A stretch of 63,645 nt of DNA, the filler included, from Octopus bimaculoides (Eukaryota), in assembly GCF_001194135.2 (NCBI RefSeq). It is 5 parts of 5 records of this genome, joined end to end, with 100 filler letters (N's around TTAATTAATTAA, not from the genome) between each part and the next. Parts side by side here need not be neighbours in the genome. Positions count along the whole stretch, not along the records: positions 25,150 to 47,219 come from NC_068998.1; 4 more parts are not named here. One strand, given 5' to 3'. A model generated the notes under the pieces. That model did no database searches, was not told the origin of the DNA, and was given only the letters and a program-made list of their open reading frames with translations. This document shows positions 25,233-37,399 of this stretch, one piece after another. Positions within the stretch are counted from its first letter, which is position 1. The number at the start of each line of letters is the position of its first letter. A program made the position numbers and the translations under genes.

Positions 25233-25748
25233 GAGTGAGAGAGCAACGCATGCACTCAAAGTGACACTGGGGTATAAATATACGAAGCCCAATATACCCA
25301 TCATGACTAACCATCTGATTAGGGTACACCAGGCACATACATCACAACCATATGTGTGCGACATGGTGATCTTATATCAAGATAAACAGCGCATGACCTT
25401 GCAGGTGAGGCCCAGTTACAATTTTCTTCGCGTTGAGTAGCCCATCCTGCTCAAAAGTTGCGGAATAAGGTTTGTTTAAGGATGATGAACAAAACACCTA
25501 TGTTTCCAGAGGTGAATTAGTCAAGCCCCAAAGAATTCCTCTCAACACTATGATGCTCTCCACACCACTTCTGCAATCAGAGATGCACATATCGTCAGCC
25601 ACTAAGGAACATGCTCAACTGGCTAAGGTCAAACAATTGACAAGCAAGTCTGTGATTTTGAGTAGAATATTTGCTGTGGACCATCTTTTATACCAAGACA
25701 AAACAATGTACACGATAACACTTCAAATCAGTTAAGATCAAAAGCCAT
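25233..25748 (-). mobile_element. Non-coding ~515-bp element flanked on both sides by (TAA)n; putative non-autonomous R4/Dong-mobilised element
   Basis: Minus strand ends ...GCTCTCTCACTCAATAATAAT with (TAA)n also upstream. 25493-25748 is the reverse complement of 29867-30131. No convincing ORF and no tRNA boxes were recognised. Confidence 0.7.
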
Positions 25749-25768
25749 TATTATTATTATTATTATTA

Positions 25769-25879
<111 letters not shown>

Positions 25880-26178
25880 ATGATGGTGATTATTATATTT
25901 GGTTTGTTCAAATATCGAAGAGATTACACAAAAGTAATATAGTAAAATGAATGTATAATTATGTTCTTCCTTCCAGTAAGAAAATCGGAATAGTCATCAG
26001 ATGAAGATGGCCAAAGTGATTTCAAGAGTATGTGAATTTCACATTAATATATATCAGAGAATGCACGTGTGTGTACGTACGAAAGTATGTGTGTGTGTGT
26101 GAGTGTAAGTAATGACAGACAGTTAGAAGTATATCTAGACGTTAGGTTCAATCCTTTTGAACTTTATTTCTGTTTAAA

Positions 26179-26727
<549 letters not shown>

Positions 26728-27989
26728 TATGAATATTCTATAAGCTGAGGGAAAATGCGAAAAAAAAAAAAAAATTCAAAACACGTGTGAGGATAATTTA
26801 GTGTGCGACAGTGTGTGAATTGTGTGGGGGAGGGAATTTACGTGTGTTTGTATTATGTATATGTTAAGATGGATATCGTATAAATCAGACATCTAAGTTA
26901 ACTTTCAGAGTTGACTTCTGCTGTTCTCTTTGAGTATAAATATTGTAGGGCCGTCAATTCTGAGTGTGTTAGATAAGTACTGTACACCCAGCAAAATAGT
27001 AAATTCATCTTTTAGAATTAAGCTCACTCAATAATATAACCTCAAATCATAATGGGAAGCTAACATTTTAGCCCCGTTAAAAATATTGTGATAATCATTC
27101 TAAGAGAGCCATACACACCCCGCAACTATTTGTATCATGACAGATGGCATGATGATGGGGAATTGACAAAAAACACAATCGAAAGGGAGTCACCAATACA
27201 CATAATCAACCTCCAAGAACCAAAACCTTGAATTCATGTGGCGAATGTTTGTTCAGCTCGAGTATGTCTGGAAAATGATTACTTTTTAATACCATACTTG
27301 GCTGAACTAGCGATTTTTAAAGTTGGTAATGAAGACCAGAAACCCAAACTTTCTGTCAAAATGTCATCTTATATGTTGACTTGTCAACAGAAACTTTTAT
27401 TTAGCAATATTATCAACACTTTAGAACTTGAACGGAATTCATTATCTGGAAGAAATACGAGCAAGGAAATCAACTGAAACACGACTCAACTTCCAGTTCA
27501 ATTTCTCGCAGCTCCGCTGTAGGTAATGATCCTTTTGTACTTCCGCCCCATGTTGTTGGCTCAGTTCTTCCTCGGGCAATTTAAGCGTCTACACGTGGGA
27601 AGCAAAGACTAGTAGAGCACCATTAATCAACTAGCTCTAGTACTACCTCTACCATAACACCTTCACCTCCACTACATCTAGCTCACCGTTAATGTACCAT
27701 AGGCAAATGAAATTCATTTGCAACATTGTAATTTTTATATAGTGTAATTTTAGATAACTTTATGAAATATATATTCATGTGCTTTAGGTAATTATATGTT
27801 GCTTTACAGTATTTCTGTAGTCAAAAGAGTACACTGAGATGTTAGCCGAGTGCGTCGCTTCAAAATAAAAGGAAGTTGTATGAACACGAACCAGAAGCTG
27901 TAACAGAGAATGAGAATTACCGTGTCTTATTGAACTGCCCCATGAAACTGACCATACTTGATATGATTATAGGGGACAAAATAAAGTGT

Positions 27990-29770
27990 AAGATAATATA
28001 CTTTGCAATTCAATATGATAACGGATAAAGCCATCCTCCATTAGAAGGGGAATATTCCAGGGAGACACAATCTTCCCACTCCTTTTCTGCTTGGCACTAA
28101 CACCTTTATCTGGCATGCTAAACAGAACTGGATGCGGATACAACTGTTGGGGCAAAATAATCAACCATCTCTTGTATATGGATGATCTAAAACTGTATGA
28201 TGTAAATGACAAACAACTGGAAACCCTACTAAAGATAGTGCATGGATTTACCAAAGAAATAAACATAAAATTTGCCTTAGCAAAGTGTACCAAAGCAACC
28301 CCGAAAAGAGAAAAACTAGTTAAGAGTAGCACTATCGCATTAGGTAAAGCAAATGAAATAAGAGAATTAGACATGTAAATACTTAGGAATCAATGAACTG
28401 GATACGATACAACACACAAATGAAAGAGAAGATAAGAAAAAATACTATAAACGAGTTAGATTAATACTGAAAACAGAGCTCAATCCGAAAAACAAGATGA
28501 TGGTATCAACACTCTAACCGTCCCAGTTATAAGTTACAGCTACAATATTCTTAACTGGATTCTAAAAAAACTAATCATACTAGACAGGAAAACAAGATAA
28601 TAATGACAGGATTTAGGCTACATCACCCAAAATCTTACATAGCAAGATTACATATACAACGTTTTGAAGGTGGTAGAGGCCTTATACAGCTAGAAAACTC
28701 TCATAAAATAACCACCATAGGATTACGCAAATACCTAATTCAGAAGCAAAGAAAGCTTGTACAAATAGCCACAAAACACGAGGAAAACAAAAAACTGTTT
28801 TCTGCTTTTAAGGAAGCTGAAAATACAAAAAAGAAGTCATAGTACCCGACAACTATAAAGAAAGAAAAGCAACAAAAGCTGTAAAACAACTGAAATCCAA
28901 ACTAAAACTGGAGCAACAACGTATCATGATAAAACGATGGCAAGAATAGGTCCTACATGGAAAATATTATGTTAAGCTAAACAGAAAAAAAATACACAAA
29001 GTAAAATTCTGACAATGGTTAAGAAGCTCAGGACTCAAAGCAGAGATAGAAAGATTTTTAATTGTAGCACAAGATCAAAGACTTCCCACCAGAAATCATT
29101 AAAAACACACAATGAAATGCAGAATATGTGGTGATGGAGAAGAAACAATAAATTATATTGTCTCTGGCTGCCCACTTCTGGCTAAGAAGGAATATATTCA
29201 AAGATATGACAGAGTTGGGACCTATATATACTGGAAGCTATGGCAACACTATGGAATGACAGCAGAAAAAAGATGGTATAAGCACTCCCCAGAAAGGTCT
29301 CAGAAAATGACATAGAAACCATGACATAGCAACCAATACACACAGATACAGAAATGAAGGCTAAGAGACCAGATACAGTTGTCAGAGATAACCAAGAAAA
29401 TGCCATCTAATCGATGTATGAATACCAACAGATGACAATATGTCTCTAAAGAAACGGGGAAACTATCAAAAGATCTGGAAATATAGGTAACTCGAATGTG
29501 GAGCCTAAAAAACATAAACAATTCCTATAATAGGTGCATTAGGTATGATAAAAACATTCAGACAAATATATAAACAAAACACCAGGACTTACAAATGTAT
29601 ATCACATGCAGAAAATAGTACTACTAGGCACCGCGCACATCCTACGTAAAGCACTTTCAATCTAATGAAAATAAGAGTCTCACAACAAACCACAGCACAT
29701 ACCCAAGGGACACAGAGCTACGCTCAGTAGTGCAGTAAAAGCACGTGATAAAAATAAGACTACTGAATAG
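27990..29770 (+). mobile_element. R4/Dong LINE copy a (RT C-terminal part, CCHC, RLE, type-A 3' UTR), decayed
   Basis: IRRGIFQGDT, HLLYMDDLKLY, HHPKSYIARL...GGRGL and KCRICGDGEETINYIVSGCPLLAKKEY motifs. 3' UTR aaaccacagcacatacccaagg...ctactgaa, then a decayed trinucleotide tail. Confidence 0.9.
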
Positions 29771-29835
29771 CAACAACAACGACGACGATGACTATGACAA
29801 CAACAGCAACAACAACACCAACAACAATAATAATA

Positions 29836-30131
29836 ATGTTTTGATGCAGTACCAGGCAGTGGCTCTCATAGCTTTTGATCTTAACTGATCGGAAGTGTTA
29901 TCATTTACATTGTTTTGTGTTGGTATAAAAGATGGACAACAGCGAATATTCTGCTCAGTACCACAGATTTGCTTGTCAGTTGTTTGACCTAAGCCAGTTG
30001 AACATGTCCCTTAGTGACTGACGATATGTGCACCTCTGATCATGAGCAGAAGTAGTGGGGGAGCATCATAGCCTTATATTTAGAGGAATTCTTTGGGGTT
30101 TGAATAATTCACCTTTGGAAACAAAGGTGTT
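29836..30131 (+). mobile_element. 5' part of the TAA-flanked non-coding element, fused to LINE copy b
   Basis: Starts right after (TAA)n with tgatgcagtaccaggcagtggctctc. It is an inverted homologue of 25493-25748 and breaks at ...ggaaacaaaggtgtt into RT sequence. Confidence 0.75.
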
Positions 30132-31835
30132 ATGGTGGTATGGAAAACTGAACTGACATCTTACGGTAAAAGCTTGGGCACTCTGGGTATCAGAAGAGGG
30201 ATTTTCCAGGGTGACAGCCTATCTCCGTTGCTTTTCGTTCTCTGCAGGATACCCATGACCTTAGCACACAGGAAAATGAACCTGGGGTACCAACTAAAGG
30301 AAAAATCCCAAACAATCAACCGCCTCCTCCACATGGATGATTTGAAACCGTATGGCAAAGATGAGACACAAGCGAGTTCCTTGGGGAATACGATCCACTG
30401 CTTTAATACTGATATTAGAATGGAATTTGGACTTAAGAAGTGCAGAGTAATCTACCAAAAAAGAAGCTAAGTACAGTCCCTGTCAGGGATATAATTACCA
30501 AATAGAGACTTGATTAAGCAAATTGAAACGGAAGGATACACATAACTTGGTGTACTGGAGTGCAACGAGATAATGGAAAAGGAAATGAAAGTGCAACTGA
30601 GAATGGAGTATTTCCGAAGACTGAGGTTGGTACTGCGCTCAAAATTGACTGGATGGAATAAAATCCAAGCTGTTTATACATGATTGATAGCATCACTTCG
30701 GTATGGAACGTGAATTATAAAATGGCAAAAGAGAGAAAAGATGAAAATGGATACCAAGACCAGAAAAATGTTGACAGCACACGGAGCCTTCCACCTTAAT
30801 AGTAACACCAATAGACTATACTTGTCCAGAAGAAAGGGTGGGGAAGGTTTGATCAGTTGCCAGGACTGTACTGAAGCAGAGGAAAACAGCCTACAGTGGT
30901 ATATAGAAAATGCCATGGAGCCACTATTGAAACACACGAAGAAGGCCAGCGTCATCAAAACTGAAAATTCTGTAACTAAAGAAACATTTAAACAAGATAT
31001 GAACAAGAAAAAAAGAAAAGGCATGGAAGGAAAACATGTACGGTTAGTTTGCAAGAGATGTGAACGCCAAGACGGATACAGAGAATTGGTGGCTATGGAT
31101 GAGGAGGAGTGACCTGAAGATAGAGACAGAAGCACTCATGTGCGCAGCTCAGGAACAAGCGTTAAGGACCAATTATATGAAGTGCAGAATTGACAACTCT
31201 ACTGATAGCGACAAATGCAGAATATGTGATGAGACAGGGTGAAACGGTATGGCACTTCGTTAGCGAATGCCCGAAATTGGCACAACGCGAATACAAAAGA
31301 TGCCATGACAATGTGGCAAGAATGATCAATTTGGAGTTCTATGGAAATCATGGCCTACAAAGAGCAAAGATCTGGTATGAACAAACCCCAGAAGGAGTCA
31401 CCAAAAATGAGAACTGCAAAAGTCTGTGGGATGTAATGATCCAGTGCGATCACTTGACTAGACGTAGGAAACCGGAGATTGTTGTTGTGAACAAAAAAAA
31501 AAATGAACATGTATGATTACGAACATAGCATACTTCGGTGACAACAGGATCAACGTGAAAAAAGAAGAAAAAATAAATAACTAAATGAGAAATACAAAGG
31601 TTGTGGTAGACGAAGAGAGTAGACGTGATATCAATAGTAATTGGTGCACTTGGAAGTATCAGTAGTCAACAACCAACATGGCCGAAAAAGATCGGTGCAA
31701 GCGTGAATGTAGAACACCTACAAAAATCAGCATTGCTTGGAACTGCAAGAGTTCTTGACGAGTGTCATCTTATTCTGCTGGCTGTGGACAGCTGACACTT
31801 TCCATCATACCCAGCAAAATAAGCTGTGAGTTTTC

Positions 31836-31838
<3 letters not shown>
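30132..31838 (+). mobile_element. R4/Dong LINE copy b (type-B 3' UTR) with (TAA)n tail
   Basis: IRRGIFQGDSLSPLLF, HMDDLK, RLYLSRRKGGEGL, KCRICDE, HFVSECPKLAQREYKRCHDNVA and RKPEIVVV motifs; (TAA)n from ~31839. Confidence 0.9.
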
Positions 31839-31913
<75 letters not shown>

Positions 31914-31949
31914 ATTCTGTTATCAGTAGGATAGATCTACTACTTTCCA

Positions 31950-33105
31950 TTTCTTTCCAATTACCAGATGACCAGCCCTTAAAATCATTGAAAGGAAGAA
32001 AGAGTTATAAGTATTTAGGAGTATTAGAATCTGACAGAGTACTAACAATATTAATGAAAACGAAAATTAAGGAGTACATCAGAAGGGTGAGGAAGCTAAT
32101 GAAATCAAGGATAGTGAAGGCTGTAAATACTCTGCAGCTTTAGTAGACTGAACAAAAACTGAATTAGCAAAGCTAGACAGAACTAGGAAGGAATTCAATA
32201 TGAATGGAGGACTCCACCCAAGGGCAGGAGTAGCAACAGTGTACTTACCGAGAAAGGAAGGCGGAAGAGAGTTAATATCAGTAGAAGACTGCGTGGAGTT
32301 AGCTAGAGTAGATATAAATTCCTATGTAGGTAATAGTGAAGAAAGTTTATTAAACGCTGCTAGAGTTACCACAAGACAGGGAAACCAAAAACACAAACGA
32401 AGTTAAAAATCAGAAAAAAAGAACAGAAATTATATGACTGGCAAAGATAGTTGCAGCAAATAGTGGTGGTAAGATATGGTTATGGTTGCAGAAAGGAAAA
32501 CTGAAAAGGGAGACAGAAAGTTTGTTAGTAGCTGCAGAAGATCAAGCATTAAGGACTATTTGGATAAAAGCCTAGATAGACAAAAACCAAGTAGATTCCC
32601 AGTGTAGGGCTTGAGCATATTGATAATTGGTACGAACATGAACCTAGTAAAGTACTAGAAAGTAAGAAATACAAGATGTGGAGCTTAAACATTCAGGCTG
32701 ACAGAGTAATAGAAGCTAGAAGGCCTAATTTAGTAGTAGTAGATAAAGAGAATAGAAAATGTCAGATAATTGACTTTACAGTCCCAAATGACGAAAAAAT
32801 CGATATGAGACGCATAGAAAGAATATTAAAGTACCAAGACCTAGACATTGAATTACAGAGACTATGGAAAATGCGGGTAAAATGTATCCCAGTAGTTATA
32901 GGTGCATTGGGAAGTATCCCTAAGAATCTGAACAGATGGATAGAGGAAATAGGCATAAAACCCAGTTTAGTACAGTTCCAGAAAACTGTTATGAGGGACA
33001 GCTAGGATATTCAGGAGGGTCCTTGACATCTAAGGTTACTTGGTGTAGCCCGATGTTGGGATTTTTTCTTTTCCAACAGTGTAACCTGTTGTGTGTATAT
33101 GAAAA
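31950..33105 (+). mobile_element. R4/Dong LINE copy c (type-C 3' UTR, internally deleted) with (TAA)n tail
   Basis: SYKYLGVLE, LHPRAGVATVYLPRKEGGRELI and RRPNLVVVDKENRKCQIIDFTVP...PVVIGALGSI motifs; (TAA)n at 33105-33178. Confidence 0.88.
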
Positions 33106-33111
33106 TAATAT

Positions 33112-33178
<67 letters not shown>

Positions 33179-33565
33179 TTCTGTTGTTATTCCATAGTGT
33201 TGGCATAGCTTCCAGCGTATATAGGTCCCAGCTCTGTCGTGTCTGTTTATTCTAATTGATGTATCAATACCAGCAGATGACAACGTTTCCCTAAAAGAAA
33301 TGGAGAAACTTTCAAAATACAAAGACCTGGAAATAGAGGTAACTCGAATGTGGAATCTAAAAACAGAAACAATTCCTATCATAGTAGGTGCCTTAGGTAT
33401 AATAAAAAAAATATTCAGACAAATACATAACAAAAACACCAGGACTTACAAATATATATAACATACAGAAAATTGCACTACTGGGCACTGCACACATCCT
33501 ACGCAAAACATTTTCAATACAGTAACCATAAGAGTATCACAGTAAACCACAGCACATACCCAAGG
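33179..33565 (+). mobile_element. R4/Dong LINE copy d (type A) with a 5'-inverted segment; runs into a gap
   Basis: 33179-33246 is the reverse complement of the RHDRAGTYIRWKLCQHYG region (compare 29200-29270). 33247 onward is the sense RLE end and type-A UTR. Confidence 0.85.
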
Positions 33566-34221
33566 NNNNNNNNNNNNNNNNNNNNNNNNNNNNNNNNNNN
33601 NNNNNNNNNNNNNNNNNNNNNNNNNNNNNNNNNNNNNNNNNNNNNNNNNNNNNNNNNNNNNNNNNNNNNNNNNNNNNNNNNNNNNNNNNNNNNNNNNNNN
33701 NNNNNNNNNNNNNNNNNNNNNNNNNNNNNNNNNNNNNNNNNNNNNNNNNNNNNNNNNNNNNNNNNNNNNNNNNNNNNNNNNNNNNNNNNNNNNNNNNNNN
33801 NNNNNNNNNNNNNNNNNNNNNNNNNNNNNNNNNNNNNNNNNNNNNNNNNNNNNNNNNNNNNNNNNNNNNNNNNNNNNNNNNNNNNNNNNNNNNNNNNNNN
33901 NNNNNNNNNNNNNNNNNNNNNNNNNNNNNNNNNNNNNNNNNNNNNNNNNNNNNNNNNNNNNNNNNNNNNNNNNNNNNNNNNNNNNNNNNNNNNNNNNNNN
34001 NNNNNNNNNNNNNNNNNNNNNNNNNNNNNNNNNNNNNNNNNNNNNNNNNNNNNNNNNNNNNNNNNNNNNNNNNNNNNNNNNNNNNNNNNNNNNNNNNNNN
34101 NNNNNNNNNNNNNNNNNNNNNNNNNNNNNNNNNNNNNNNNNNNNNNNNNNNNNNNNNNNNNNNNNNNNNNNNNNNNNNNNNNNNNNNNNNNNNNNNNNNN
34201 NNNNNNNNNNNNNNNNNNNNN

Positions 34222-34452
34222 NGAACTGCCCATATCCTACGTAAAATACTGTCTATGTGATCTCAAATTTTAAAGCAAACACATAATTTTCTTATGGTTT
34301 CTTAAACATTCACTTGAACAAAACTGTACAAATCTAAATATATGGTACCCTAGGCATAACACCTACATGAACTTCTAACTTGTTGTCTCTTGAGGTCTCT
34401 GGGTGAGACTTGGATCCAACTTGTACAAATGCAAAACAAAAGTCAAACATAA
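34222..34452 (+). mobile_element. R4/Dong LINE copy e, 3' end (type-D UTR) with (TAA)n tail
   Basis: (G)TAHILRKILSM stop, then cttgaggtctctggg...gagact shared with 35880; (TAA)n at 34453-34473. Confidence 0.75.
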
Positions 34453-34473
34453 AATAATAATAATAATAATAAT

Positions 34474-35046
34474 TTGACGACGTATGAAGCCCACCATCCG
34501 AAAACTGATATCAACCGGGTGTATTTGAGGAGAGACCAAGGTGGAAGAGGTTTAATAGCAGTAGAAGAATGTGTACAGATGAAAAGAAAAAAACCTAGTA
34601 GAGTATTTACAGAACAGCACAGAAAAACTACTGAAGACAGTGAATAATCATTATATCTGGTCTATTATTTTCTAAGGAAAACCGAAGTTGCTTACTTATC
34701 GACCCATCATGCCCATTTGATTCCAGGATCGTAAAGGGAGAGGAAAAAATACAATCCCTTAACGTTTGAAATAGGAAGAATTTGGAGCATGCGATTAGTA
34801 AAGGTCGTGCCTATGATAATCGGTGCATTGGGAGCAGTGAGCAAAGATATAAACAAATGGCTGAAGGAAATTGAAATAGGATGCCCGGTAGAGTTCCTAC
34901 TGAAAGTTTGTCTCTTAGGGACAACAAGGATTATCAGGAAGGTTCTAAGCACTTGAAAGACTGATGAAAACTTGTGGATAACTTAAGTTACAGGTACTAA
35001 CCACATAATTCCTACCAGGAATAAAACCAAACCTGAGCCAAACCAA

Positions 35047-35047
<1 letters not shown>
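34474..35047 (+). mobile_element. R4/Dong LINE copy f (type-E UTR, internally deleted) with (TAA)n tail
   Basis: HHPKTDINRVYLRRDQGGRGLIAVEECV and VPMIIGALGAV motifs; (TAA)n at 35048-35108. Confidence 0.8.
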
Positions 35048-35107
<60 letters not shown>

Positions 35108-35110
<3 letters not shown>

Positions 35111-35361
35111 TCCTATCATAGTAGGTGCCTTAGGTATAATAAAAAAATATTCAGACAAATACATAACAAAAACACCAGGACTTACAAATATATATAACAT
35201 ACAGAAAATTGCACTACTGGGTACTGCACACATTCTACGCAAAACACTTTCAATACAGTAAACATAAGAGCACCACAGCAAACCACAGCACATACCCAAG
35301 GCGCACAGAGCTGCGCTCGGTAGTGAAGTGAAAGCACGTTATAAAAATAAAACTACTGAAC
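35108..35361 (+). mobile_element. R4/Dong LINE copy g, 3' end (type A) between TAA tracts
   Basis: Nearly identical to 33370-33565 (IPIIVGALG..., TAHILRKTLSIQ); TAA on both sides. Confidence 0.88.
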
Positions 35362-35384
35362 AATAATAATAATAATAATAATAA

Positions 35385-35510
35385 TGATTTCAAATTTTGC
35401 CACAAAGACAGCAATTTTGGGAGAGAGGATGAGTCGATTACATCGACCCTAGTTGTTGAACCGGTACTTAATTTTTCGACCCCCCCAGAATTTTAGTCGA
35501 CCTCGGCGAA
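35385..35510 (-). mobile_element. SINE 3' half (family B-related) using the TAA tract as an (ATT)n tail
   Basis: Minus strand gggtcgatgtaatcgac...caaaattgctgtctttgtggcaaaatttgaaatcattattatt. Confidence 0.65.
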
Positions 35511-35511
35511 T

Positions 35512-35940
35512 AATAATATACAATGACTTTGAAATAAAGGTCTCAAAAATAAAGCATCTAAGAACGACAATTGTATCTATGATCATCGGATCTTTGGAGA
35601 AAATACTAAATGACGCTTTTAAACACTATGACTAGATACCAGAAGCACAAAAGTATCAGAAATAAAAAAAAACAGTATTGTTCTCATGGGTATTGCCCAC
35701 TTCCTAAGAAAACCATTGTCAATTTGAAAATAATGCATTCACGTACAACTCTTTCAAAACTAAAATATTACAAATTTAACAGGAGCTTAGTTCTCAGATT
35801 CTCGTCTCCTTCTCTTACAACATATCATTGCTAATCATAAATAATACCCATAGTAAAACGTTCAACTTGCTGTTACTTGAGGTCTCTGGGGAGACTTACA
35901 ACAGCTTGTATAAACAAAACAACAGCATAAACAAACAAAA
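35512..35940 (+). mobile_element. R4/Dong LINE copy h, decayed 3' end (type D)
   Basis: YNDFEIKVSK...MIIGSL remnants; UTR acttgctgttacttgaggtctctggggagact; (GAC/GAT)n tail. Confidence 0.6.
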
Positions 35941-36875
35941 TGACGACGATGAGGAAGATGATGATGATGATGACGACGACGACGACGAGGATGATGATGA
36001 TAAACGTTCAAAATAAAACAAGGAATTTTATATGATGAATGTATGAAGTTTCTAGAAGTGGCTATCTTGGTTTTATCCAGACGTTTTTGTTTGTTTTTTT
36101 ATTCTCTCTTGGATAGTTGTATAATATCGGTGTGGAATTCCATATTTAAATTTTAAAAAGTACTTAGTCATAGTGCACGTAAAAAAAATGTCTTTTCAAA
36201 TTGAATTTTGATCATGTCAGAATGATCATAGACATACCCTCACCTCTTCCTCTCATTAAACTCTACACTCTACACGCGCGCGTGCGATCAAACAAGATAT
36301 CGTGAGAGTTCTTTTCTGTCTATTATGACCGACATTAAACGTATATAAGCATACATTCTCTAACATTTATTATTGTTGTTGTTCATCACCAATAAGTTGC
36401 GGTTGTTAATGGTGGTTGCAGGTGATGATTGTATTGGTTGTGCTCCTAGTCATAGACGTTGTGTCATTTTTGGTAATGCTGGTTGTAGTAGAGATAGTTA
36501 TGGCGGTGTTGGTAATGGTGATGGTTGCGCTGATGGTATTTGGTATTGGTGATGTTAGTAGTCATGAGGGAGATAGTGGTGATTGCAGTGTTATTAGTGT
36601 TAGTGGTGACGGTATTACTGTTGATCGTGACAGTAATAATAATATTTGTTATTGTTATTTAGTATCAGGTCATTGGGGATTACCTGAGACTTGAAGTAAC
36701 CCCGATAAAAGTTATTCCATTCATCTTTTAAAATAGATGTAAGTCTATGTTATGCATGCATGCATACATGCAAATACAGTTGATATATGAATTGCATGTA
36801 CGTATTTTATGTATATGTATATATATGTATGTTATTGTTCAGTTTTATTTCAAGAACAATGACATACATATATAC

Positions 36876-36910
<35 letters not shown>

Positions 36911-37399
36911 TATGTAGCTGTTGATTAACAAAAGTAAAACTGAAGTACTGAACTATAATGTACCCGAATTAGATGCCTGGGTTTCTTGGCATTTTTAACT
37001 TCATTTCTTTTTCGGCCTTTTACATGTATTATATGGCTTGAACGTTAGATTTTAATCTGGCAACCTTGGCTACAACTCAGGTACACATATCCATTAGGTT
37101 TCTGCGTTTTTTTTTTTTAATATCGTGTGGTCAACTGTTTGACTGTCGCTATCCGAAGATAGCGACAAGTTTACTGTTTAAATGTTATTAATATTTAAAA
37201 TGGAAAAAATGGGATAGTGAATCCGATATTAATATTATTTGATATCAAAAAGCATTTTTTTCTTCGTTAATACTTATTTCTTAATGTACAGAATGTGTGT
37301 CATCAATTCAGTTAACGTAAATAATATGCTCATACTAAGCTTAAAGTAAAAATAGTTTTTAAAAAAGCACATGCTCTATTTTTATAGTTGATTACAAGC

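Noticed and set aside
25960-26010. CUGAUGA in the NK3 3' region as a hammerhead
   Set aside because: It is followed by GAAG rather than GAAA, with weak stem II and no stem I/III.
27238-27477. 79-aa plus-strand ORF or NK3 exon 1 candidate nearby
   Set aside because: It is on the wrong strand for NK3 with no homology recognised. Minus-strand frames here have stops and no eh1 motif with an ATG and donor.
27990-35940. Repeat-spacer alternation as a CRISPR-like array or a multi-exon RT gene
   Set aside because: The 'spacers' are homologous decayed LINE fragments and the 'repeats' are microsatellites; the context is eukaryotic with no cas genes.
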